From Fervidobacterium islandicum (GTDB lineage: Bacteria; Thermotogota; Thermotogae; Thermotogales; Fervidobacteriaceae): a stretch of DNA of 40,000 bases. The stretch lies in the NCBI RefSeq assembly GCF_041504555.1, contig NZ_CP126499.1, one strand, 5' to 3'. The notes beneath the pieces were generated by a model. That model was given only the letters and a program-made list of their open reading frames with translations. It did no database searches and was not told the origin of the DNA. A program made the translations under genes and the position numbers. Within the stretch, counting starts at the first letter, position 1. Each line of letters begins with the position of its first letter. Below, in pieces: positions 18,051-25,923 of this stretch.

Positions 18051-19343
18051 ATGGTATTCGTGATTTCAAAAGATGGAAAACCACTTATGCCAACTAAAAG
18101 GCATGGAAAGGTCAGAAGACTCTTAAAGCAAGGACTGGCAAAGGTAGTAAAAAGAGAACCGTTCACCATCCAGCTTTTGTACGAAACAACAAACTATACG
18201 CAACCTGTTACCGTTGGAATAGACACAGGCTCTAAGGTTGTAGGTGTATCTGCCGTCACTGACAAAGAAGAAATATTCTCTGCAGAAGTCCAGCTTAGAC
18301 AAGATATCAAAAAGTTACTACTTGAGCGCAGGCAACATAGAAGGTTCAGAAGATACAGAAAAACAAGGTATCGAAAACCCAGATTTCTGAACAGACGGAA
18401 GAAAGATGGTTGGTTGCCACCGAGTTTGCAGTGGAAAGTAGATGCTCATGTGAGAATCATCAACAAACTTGGTAAGATAATACCGATAACAAAAGTCGTT
18501 GTGGAAGTTGCACCGTTTGATATTCAAAAAGTACAAAATCCAGACATAGAAGGAAAGAACTACCAAAACGATCCGCAGAAAGGATTTAGCGATGTAAGAG
18601 ATTACTGCCTTTGGAGAGCTGGATACAAATCTGAGCTATCTGGAAAAACTGGCATATTGGAAGTCCACCATATCATTCCAAGAAGCGAAGGAGGTACTGA
18701 TACACCGAGCAATTTAATAGTGCTAACAACACAAGAACACAAGATGTTGCACGAAGGCAAGATAAAGATACCTAAATCAAGATTAGAGCAAATAAAGGTG
18801 TTTAAGGACGCGGCTCACGTTTCAACGATTGGGTGGCACATAGTCAACAAACTCAGGCAAAACTACCATGTCGAAATCACGTATGGTAGTATTACAAAAG
18901 AAAGACGGGACATGTATGGACTTGAGAAGTCGCACAGAGATGATGCATTTGTGATAGCTGGTGGGAATATTCAAGAAAGAGCAAGCGAATGGTACTTCGG
19001 TAAATTCTTCAGGCGACAAAACAGGTCGCTTCACAAAGCCAATCCGATTAAGGGCGGGAAAAGACCAATTAATACAGTTAAGCAAGTGAATGGGTTTAGA
19101 AGGTTTGATAAAGTTGAGTGTGAAGGCAAAATAGGAATTATATCAGGCTTAAGAAGTAGTGGGTACTTTTCGATAAGTAGTCTTAGTGGAGAAAAGATAA
19201 GTGACAGTGTAAAGTATACAAAATTAAGGCTACTTGAGAGAGTCAAGACACTGATGTTCGAAAGGAGGGAAAGGGCTACTTGTTCATGGCTAAAGCCATG
19301 TGTGTCCGCAGCCCGGTTTCATGAAAGTAGAACTGATTTCTGA
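18051..19343 (+). CDS. iscB: IscB (PLMP-RuvC-HNH RNA-guided nuclease of IS200/IS605 elements)
   Basis: N-terminal KDGKPLMPT (PLMP domain). RuvC-I VGIDTGSKVVG. Arg-rich bridge helix RRQHRRFRRYRKTRYRKPRFLNRR. RuvC-II VVVEVAPFD. HNH EVHHIIPRSEGGTDTPSNL...HKMLH. RuvC-III SHRDDAFVIAGG. The last roughly 7 codons probably read across the insertion junction into tnpB sequence. Confidence 0.8.
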   Translation: MVFVISKDGKPLMPTKRHGKVRRLLKQGLAKVVKREPFTIQLLYETTNYTQPVTVGIDTGSKVVGVSAVTDKEEIFSAEVQLRQDIKKLLLERRQHRRFRRYRKTRYRKPRFLNRRKKDGWLPPSLQWKVDAHVRIINKLGKIIPITKVVVEVAPFDIQKVQNPDIEGKNYQNDPQKGFSDVRDYCLWRAGYKSELSGKTGILEVHHIIPRSEGGTDTPSNLIVLTTQEHKMLHEGKIKIPKSRLEQIKVFKDAAHVSTIGWHIVNKLRQNYHVEITYGSITKERRDMYGLEKSHRDDAFVIAGGNIQERASEWYFGKFFRRQNRSLHKANPIKGGKRPINTVKQVNGFRRFDKVECEGKIGIISGLRSSGYFSISSLSGEKISDSVKYTKLRLLERVKTLMFERRERATCSWLKPCVSAARFHESRTDF

Positions 19344-19593
19344 GAGCTACACGAGCAAAACGTGTCCTGTATGCGGACAGGAAAACGGGCCAAAGGGCCG
19401 CAGATACAAATGCACGAATTGTGGGTTTGAATATCACAGGGACGGAGTAGGTGCAATAAACATCTACAAAAGGTACCTTGGCTATGGCCAAGTAGTAGCG
19501 GGATTGGCACCCGTCGCAGGCGTTAGGTACGCTCCTCACCTGCGTAGCCATGGAGTTAAAACATCTCCATGGAAGGTAGCCTCGAGCTACTAA
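19321..19593 (+). pseudogene. tnpB: tnpB C-terminal fragment (RuvC-II, zinc ribbon, RuvC-III)
   Basis: KVELISESYTSKTCPVCG...YKCTNCGFEYHRDGVGAINI matches the canonical TnpB C-terminal core. It continues the sense of the 16862-17815 fragment. Confidence 0.8.
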
Positions 19594-19672
19594 GAATCCC
19601 ATCCCCTTCAGGGGATTGGGAGTGTCAAACAAACCAGCGAGTTAGATGTTAGCTAATAAATGCAAAAGATGT

Positions 19673-20641
19673 CTACCATGGGCGAATCTTAAAACCTACA
19701 ACAGGAATGACATACTTATCTGCCTTCATCTGTATCAGTGATGGTCTTGAGAAGGCTTCCACCAAGACTTTCACTGGAAGATCGTTGACTATCAAACCCC
19801 AACAACTCATCTTTCGAAACCATTGCTCGTGGGAAAACAACACATTGCCACTGATGACCGAATATGAGTTCGGAGCATGCAAATGCGACACACAGGGGGC
19901 ACTATTCAAGGCAGCGAACTCGATTTCTCCAAACATTTCGGAAATCTCAGGACGGTTAAACTGTTCCGGAAACTCAAAATGCGCAATTTCCCGGTTGAGT
20001 TCATGGACACCCGCAATTTCGTAATCCAACTTGATGCCGTATAGTAATCTGTACAAACCATAACTTATACACCTAAGAGGTGTCATATGCAAATTGCTGT
20101 ACTTGCCGTTGACCTCATACATGAGATGCTTTAGACAATAGGCTGAAATGAAAGGTACGTTAAGTACGGCATCGCGTGACTTGATTCCTCTGAGCGAGCC
20201 TTGTAAATCATCGAATACAACGATATCTCCTAAGCCTGCGAGAGAAATGAGAGAAGTGCTATATTCAGTACTACCGTTCTTAGCCCTAAGCTGAAGAGAA
20301 CTGCATAACAAATCGAGAGGCACGTACTCATTCTCCAACTTCTTAAGCCACTCAGCACTCTCATTATCAACACGTTCTAAAGTGAATATCCAGCCGTCTT
20401 TCCGCACCACCCATCCTTCCGATATACACAACGTGACCTCTTGTTCAAGCTCTGGAATCGACACATCTAAAATGAATAATGGCCTGCCTCTGACGGCTAA
20501 GATCATTGGCTTTTCTGAATGCCGAGATCTCCAGTTTCTCCTGTACCTGAGGTATACGTTGGTCATTCTCAACGTAAAATAATCCCCATAGTTCTTCCTC
20601 ACTCTGACCAGTTCACCCATAAGCTTTGCGAAGCTTCCCAT
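19673..20641 (-). CDS. Hypothetical protein (about 322 aa)
   Basis: Long ORF. Start at MGSFAK (ATG 20641), 6 nt after GGGAGGTG. No recognisable motif. A spot GC count of about 42% in one 60-nt line compares with about 28% in a csm5 line. Confidence 0.55.
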   Translation of the reverse strand: MGSFAKLMGELVRVRKNYGDYFTLRMTNVYLRYRRNWRSRHSEKPMILAVRGRPLFILDVSIPELEQEVTLCISEGWVVRKDGWIFTLERVDNESAEWLKKLENEYVPLDLLCSSLQLRAKNGSTEYSTSLISLAGLGDIVVFDDLQGSLRGIKSRDAVLNVPFISAYCLKHLMYEVNGKYSNLHMTPLRCISYGLYRLLYGIKLDYEIAGVHELNREIAHFEFPEQFNRPEISEMFGEIEFAALNSAPCVSHLHAPNSYSVISGNVLFSHEQWFRKMSCWGLIVNDLPVKVLVEAFSRPSLIQMKADKYVIPVVGFKIRPW

Positions 20642-21401
20642 CGTAACACCTCCCAAGAGAGCCTCAGGTTTTAAAACTTCCGTTTATAGGATTTAAAAGA
20701 ATACCTCCTGGCCAGTGCGAAGGAAGAACCAAGCTTGATACATGTTTGGATTTATCTCCTCATTTAAATAACAACCAATTTTCAAAAAACTGACAATGAA
20801 GAATTCTTAGACATCACAACGAAATATGCTCGACAAATTCGAGCAGGAAGCCAAAGAATACAGTATAAAAAGACATGACACCCACAAAAAAAGCTAACAA
20901 AACGCCCATACAATCATGTTTTTTTGAAACTCCAGCATAAAAATACAAAAATCACCAGTTTAAGTAACCACTTGGGAAAATCCAGGCAAGTTTTTAGGCA
21001 GGACTTCGTCCTTCAACCATATGGACGGCTTTTTGAACATATGCAAGAACCGGAAGGTTTTTTAAGGTGGGGGCAAACCATTCCTTGAGAACTATCTCTG
21101 GACCTCCTCTCTGACTGGTCCGATTTTATAAAAGACAATTACAGCCCGAAAGTACTCTTTAACCTTTATAAAGAGCATATTTTCAGACTTTCCAGACCTA
21201 CCCTACTCTTACTACCCAGTCCAAAAAAAGTTAAACCAATTATTATTATCGTACTCACTTTCAAAAACTTTACATCAGTGGCACCATAAAGCACATTTCC
21301 TTTAGCAATTCAGGCTGTCAGCTCAATTTATATTTCTGAATGTACAAACTCCCTCTTTGTTCGTTTAAATAAAGCAACACTCTGGAATCACTCCACTCGA
21401 A

Positions 21402-22659
21402 GTCTTCCCATCTCTTTCAGAGAGAAGTGCCTTCCTAACATACACATTTCACCAGAAAACAGAAAGCTGCACAGAGAGTTTCCATCTCTTTCAGAGAGAA
21501 TCACCTTTCCTACGATAAAACCCGTCCTTGAAGAAAAGGAAGTGCCGTACTCGTTTCCATCTCTTTCAGAGAGAATCACCTTTCCTACCCTTTTCTTATT
21601 GGAGACACCACAGGTACGGTATGTTTACCGTTTCCATCTCTTTCAGAGAGAATCACCTTTCCTACTTTAAAACAGATACAAAAGACGATATTGTAGATAT
21701 TCTAAAGTTTCCATCTCTTTCAGAGAGAATCACCTTTCCTACCAGTCTGCAATAGGACACCAAGATACAGCGGTAATAGTAGGTTTCCATCTCTTTCAGA
21801 GAGAATCACCTTTCCTACTAAACATGCTTAAAGGAGACGTTACAGTCTCCTTTAAGCGGTTTCCATCTCTTTCAGAGAGAATCACCTTTCCTACTTGACC
21901 GGTTGATTGAGAGGTTATTGTGGTTACGTGAATAGTTTCCATCTCTTTCAGAGAGAATCACCTTTCCTACAAGGAGAAGGCCATGAAAGAATATCTATTT
22001 GAAATGGAAGGTTTCCATCTCTTTCAGAGAGAATCACCTTTCCTACTATTCCAAGTCTGTGATTTGGAATATGATGGGCTTGTACTCGTTTCCATCTCTT
22101 TCAGAGAGAATCACCTTTCCTACGTAATATAGACACAAAAACACTAAAAAAACTTTCTATTGACGTTTCCATCTCTTTCAGAGAGAATCACCTTTCCTAC
22201 GAAATCAGAACAAAAAGTAACTGGAATTATGCCCGCAATCGTTTCCATCTCTTTCAGAGAGAATCACCTTTCCTACAAAGGATGTTTTGATTGTCTTCCG
22301 GTTTAATAATCCGGAAGTTTCCATCTCTTTCAGAGAGAATCACCTTTCCTACACAACGAGGTCAGGGTCCATGACACTACAGAGCCGCTCTGGTTTCCAT
22401 CTCTTTCAGAGAGAATCACCTTTCCTACGCATAAAAAAAACAAAAAATCAAAAGGAGGTGAAACCCCCCCGTTTCCATCTCTTTCAGAGAGAATCACCTT
22501 TCCTACAGAATGTGTAGGTTAGCAGCTTTTAGTAATCTAAAAATCAAGTTTCCATCTCTTTCAGAGAGAATCACCTTTCCTACTAGAGTTTTGGGAAGTG
22601 AGGATTTTGTAACGCCTCACTTCGTTTCCATCTCTTTCAGAGAGAATCACCTTTCCTAC
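21402..22659 (-). CRISPR. CRISPR array: 16 identical 36-nt repeats, 1 degenerate terminal repeat, 16 spacers of 38-42 nt
   Basis: Plus-strand repeat is GTTTCCATCTCTTTCAGAGAGAATCACCTTTCCTAC. Repeat starts: 21478, 21553, 21630, 21707, 21783, 21859, 21935, 22011, 22088, 22165, 22241, 22317, 22393, 22471, 22548, 22624. The degenerate copy is at 21402-21439. The minus-strand reading ends in ATGGAAAC (a typical 8-nt crRNA tag), and the degenerate repeat is at the left end. Transcription is therefore inferred on the minus strand, with the leader at 22660 and above. Confidence 0.95.
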
Positions 22660-23011
22660 CGTATCCTTCCAAAATAAGCATAAATAAATATATTCTGGAA
22701 TGCGATTTTCCCTACCCCCAATCTTAGCGTGTTTAAAATTTGTTTGTGGTTGACTAACAGTTGCAGATCTTCTAATATCCATGCTGATTCCCTACCGGTA
22801 CTTTGACTTGTTACCACTTGCATAAGCATCAATTCTAACCGTTCGTTAGTTTTTCACTTTGAAATATTGTTGTAACAATAGGTAGGGAAAAGTTGTTCGT
22901 GATGCGAATGAAATTTTGGAACGCTGATGAATAAACGCTTTTTGTAAAAACATACTTTGAAAATAGTTCAAAAATGAGCGAGTACCAGCACAAATACGTG
23001 ATTTTCGACAT

Positions 23012-23040
23012 ATTAGAGGTGATAATTTTGTTGTTGTCAA
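23012..23040 (-). promoter_or_regulatory. Candidate sigma70-type promoter for the CRISPR leader
   Basis: Minus strand reads TTGACA (23040-23035), N17, TCTAAT (23017-23012). It lies about 350 nt upstream of the first repeat and downstream of the CARF gene terminator. Confidence 0.35.
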
Positions 23041-23182
23041 TGACCGTAGGTATTGATAAATAAACGATGTTCGGAGTTTATCTCATTTACTGGCTACCAC
23101 TATGCTGGGCGTTTCAACAGATGTTTTGGTACAATCAAATTTTAGCATTTTTTGAGTGGTGATGTCAAGTTGAAGATGATGG

Positions 23183-23226
23183 AAAAAAAGACAGCCCGTT
23201 CTCTGAGAGTTCAACCAGAGAATGGG
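23183..23226 (-). terminator. Candidate intrinsic terminator after the 479-aa CARF/HEPN gene
   Basis: Stem CCCGTTCTCTG / CAGAGAATGGG (one G-T pair) at 23195-23226. It is followed on the minus strand by a T7 run (23183-23189). Confidence 0.55.
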
Positions 23227-23267
23227 CATAAGTGAGCGGAAGAAAATTAACGGTGTATAATTAAGGA

Positions 23268-24707
23268 TTATAATTCTTCAAATCTTAAGATCCCTTTGTC
23301 AATTTTTAGCGCTTCTACAGAGAACGAAACATCTTCTGATTTTTTGATTGTTTTCGCCAGTTTTTCGGCCTTTTCTTGCAATCTTTCATTTTCCCTTTCG
23401 CTTGGAGTTTTTAGACCGTGTATTAATAGCGATGCATTTCTTGCCTCCAAGTTCCAGCAGAGTTTCTTTATACTTTCTTGATCGAATACTTCTTTTACTG
23501 CGTCATCATTTAGAATGCTTAGGTAAACGACTAATTCAAGTAGTCCAAGTTTGGGTTTGAATTTTATTGAATCAGGTGGCTGGTTAAGGAGCGTTGATAG
23601 TTTTTGTTTAAGCATTTCCAGTTCTTGTGAGGGAATTTTTTCTGTTTCAATTGGTTTGTCTAATTCATGTATTCTGTGCTGGAGTAGTAGTTCTAAGGCT
23701 CTGTAAGAGTACAATGCTGATAATGCCAGTTCTTCGTTTTTTGATGCTTCTTTACTTAGCTTGAGCAGAGTCTCAGATAGTCCTATAACACCTATTTTGT
23801 TTTTGTAATTCTCTGTTTCAATAAATTCGTTCATGTGTTTGAGTAACTCTGATTGTTCGAAAAGATAATTGTAATTAAGTATTTTTAAATGTTTTGAATG
23901 TTTTTCGTCGTTTAATTTTTCAATGATCTGAACTGATTTTTTATACGCTTTTTGGAAGTTTAGGTTATACCAAAATGCGTACATAAGGCTTATGTCTTCA
24001 TATATTTCGTATTTTTTGCTACCTGTTTTTTCTCTTGCTTGTAGGAAGTATCTTTGAGCTGAGATGTAGTCTCCTTTTTCATAATGTTCAAGAGCAAGTA
24101 GTAAGTCTACATCTGCTAATACTTCGTGAGGACTTTGGAGTATAACCATGCGTTCGCTTCCTGCTTTTGGTCTTCTTACTTCAACATCGTATAGGTCGTT
24201 GTCAACATAGACTACTCGCAACTTGTCAAAAAATCTTCTGAAAAAGAAACCTGCCGCTCCTAAACCTGAACTCATTGCTTTCGTTCCACTTGTGAGGTCA
24301 AGCGCTACCCATTTGTCCGGATTCTTTTCAAGTATTTTTATTACTTCATTGTATATTGCTGCAACGTCGCTTTTACCTACTTCGATGGGATAAGTCTTTT
24401 TGCCCGTTTCGTTTTCAAGTTTGGCTATAAACGCCTTTGTCTCCGGAGTGTGTAGTATATAAATCTCATCAGCCTGCGTACCAAGAATAGCAAGAATCGT
24501 CGCTTCTGGACTGGTGCCCAAAGTGTGGATCGATATGTCGAATTTCTTTGGTGCTGGAATAACCTTAGGTCTTTCTTTCCAGAGTTGTAAGAGTATGGGC
24601 CATACTTCTTCTTGGTATATTTTTTGAGCGTTACCACCCTCCTTCACTTTGGTTTTGTACTCTTCCCACTTTCTTTCAAGTATTTCCTCAAGCGGATGGT
24701 TTTCCAT
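23268..24707 (-). CDS. CARF/HEPN ancillary protein (Csm6/Csx1-like) with long helical middle region
   Basis: CARF-like HTLGTSPE and DLTSGTKAMS motifs. C-terminal HEPN motif RNASLLIH (nt 23418-23441). SD GGAGGTG before the ATG. Confidence 0.7.
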   Translation of the reverse strand: MENHPLEEILERKWEEYKTKVKEGGNAQKIYQEEVWPILLQLWKERPKVIPAPKKFDISIHTLGTSPEATILAILGTQADEIYILHTPETKAFIAKLENETGKKTYPIEVGKSDVAAIYNEVIKILEKNPDKWVALDLTSGTKAMSSGLGAAGFFFRRFFDKLRVVYVDNDLYDVEVRRPKAGSERMVILQSPHEVLADVDLLLALEHYEKGDYISAQRYFLQAREKTGSKKYEIYEDISLMYAFWYNLNFQKAYKKSVQIIEKLNDEKHSKHLKILNYNYLFEQSELLKHMNEFIETENYKNKIGVIGLSETLLKLSKEASKNEELALSALYSYRALELLLQHRIHELDKPIETEKIPSQELEMLKQKLSTLLNQPPDSIKFKPKLGLLELVVYLSILNDDAVKEVFDQESIKKLCWNLEARNASLLIHGLKTPSERENERLQEKAEKLAKTIKKSEDVSFSVEALKIDKGILRFEEL

Positions 24708-25874
24708 ACCTATGCACCTCCAGGTTTGAGATACTATTAAGAGCCGAACTCCACATTTAGAAAAGACATTTGAGCTTGCATGAACAATAACTGCTGTTTA
24801 TAAAACCACTCCAATATTGTAAACTCTTAAAACGTTTAAATCTGACTTCCTGATGGTGTGCTCTTTGTACTTAGTATACCAAATAGTTTACATTTTTCAC
24901 TCATTCTCAGTAATACCGAACATTTTTGCCAATTCAGACTGCTCTTCGAGCTTATTTTCCAAAAAAAGTAAACTGCTGTTTGTATCTTTTATGAGTATTT
25001 CAAAAGGAACCAAAAAAATTGCAATTTTCTACTCTTCGCATGTTCATTCTTTATCATACACAGTTTGTTAATTTGCATTTTAAGTGGCTTTCTACAAAAC
25101 CCATTCTCTTCTTTAGGACTCAAAGTGTTGATAAAGTAAAGCTTTTTCGAGTGTAGTTACACACAAGAAGAACTTTTTCAAAACAGGCTCTTATTCTTTG
25201 TGTCACAAAGGTTAAATCACGCACAGAACTTATCAAATTCATCTTTGTATAGTAGGTTGCCACTCACAACCATTTTGTTAAAAAATCGAAAAGGTATCGA
25301 TTTTAATTTCAGATAGACTTTGTTGAAGACAAGTGCTGCTTGAACAATTGTAGACCAAGTTGGCTTTGTTGTGTTAACTAAGCTTACCATAATCACATAT
25401 ATTCTCAGCCTAAAATCCGTGTGCCAAACCATAAAGGAAGTACAAACAAAATTGCATATAGATGATTTTTTGCATTTTCTGATACTGTTCCTCACTTCAA
25501 TACGTTTAGTAAGAATTAGGTTTGTATTCAACAACGAAGACAAAAGGATACAAAGAATTCAAATGGATCAAAAGTATGCTGAAAATATGAAGATTTAGGT
25601 AGGTGTATAGATATCAAGAATCACACGAAGGTAATCATTCGATATGTATGGGAAAAATATAGAAAGCACGGAATGAGGTCGATGATAGGTATAGAAAAGA
25701 TGCATACGCAAGTGTTATTGGTTTGTGTTTCAACATAAAGAAATCTAAAATAGAAAAAGGAAGCTTTGGGAAGGGCAAAAATTTGCGAGTTTTATTCGGA
25801 ATTTTTCTCAAAAGTGCTTTTGGCGATGATAAAACCACACTTTCATTTATCGAAAAGTGGGGTTAAAAGTCAGA

Positions 25875-25905
25875 AACATCCCTTGGCTTTTCACCAAGGG
25901 ATGTT
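25875..25905 (-). terminator. Candidate terminator after the S9 peptidase gene
   Basis: 12-bp perfect stem AACATCCCTTGG / CCAAGGGATGTT, 19 nt after the stop. A short T-run follows on the minus strand after 4 nt. Confidence 0.5.
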
Positions 25906-25923
25906 TTGCGGTCTTTGTATAGT

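Larger units (their letters stand above)
16380..19630 (+). mobile_element. IS200/IS605-family element (tnpA plus tnpB) carrying a nested IscB element inside tnpB
   Basis: Subterminal imperfect hairpins share a CC-TTCA-GG loop: LE at 16399-16436 and RE at 19597-19621, followed by TCAA. Y1 transposase and split TnpB lie between them. Spot GC counts are much higher than in the cas genes. End coordinates are approximate. Confidence 0.7.

Noticed and set aside
17816-19321. The insertion in tnpB could have been a group II intron.
   Set aside because: The encoded protein has PLMP, RuvC and HNH motifs (IscB) and no reverse-transcriptase motifs such as YxDD.
19300-19593. The 97-aa ORF could be a stand-alone zinc-ribbon protein.
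   Set aside because: Its sequence (ESYTSKTCPVCG...CTNCGF..HRDGVGAINI) is the C-terminal core of TnpB and continues the fragment at 16862-17815.
19673-20656. Considered whether the 327-aa ORF next to the array is a divergent Cas1 or a CARF effector.
   Set aside because: I could not find the Cas1 acidic/His catalytic pattern or CARF-type N-terminal motifs. It is left as hypothetical.
21819-21858. A spacer with a 12-bp perfect palindrome (CTTAAAGGAGAC...GTCTCCTTTAAG).
   Set aside because: It probably just reflects a hairpin, terminator-like, in the protospacer source. There is no evidence of function within the array.
25217-25543. A 108-aa minus-strand ORF in the gene-free region.
   Set aside because: It has no SD and odd composition, overlaps an equally poor plus-strand ORF, and shows no recognisable motif. 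It is left unannotated and the region is reported only as a gap.
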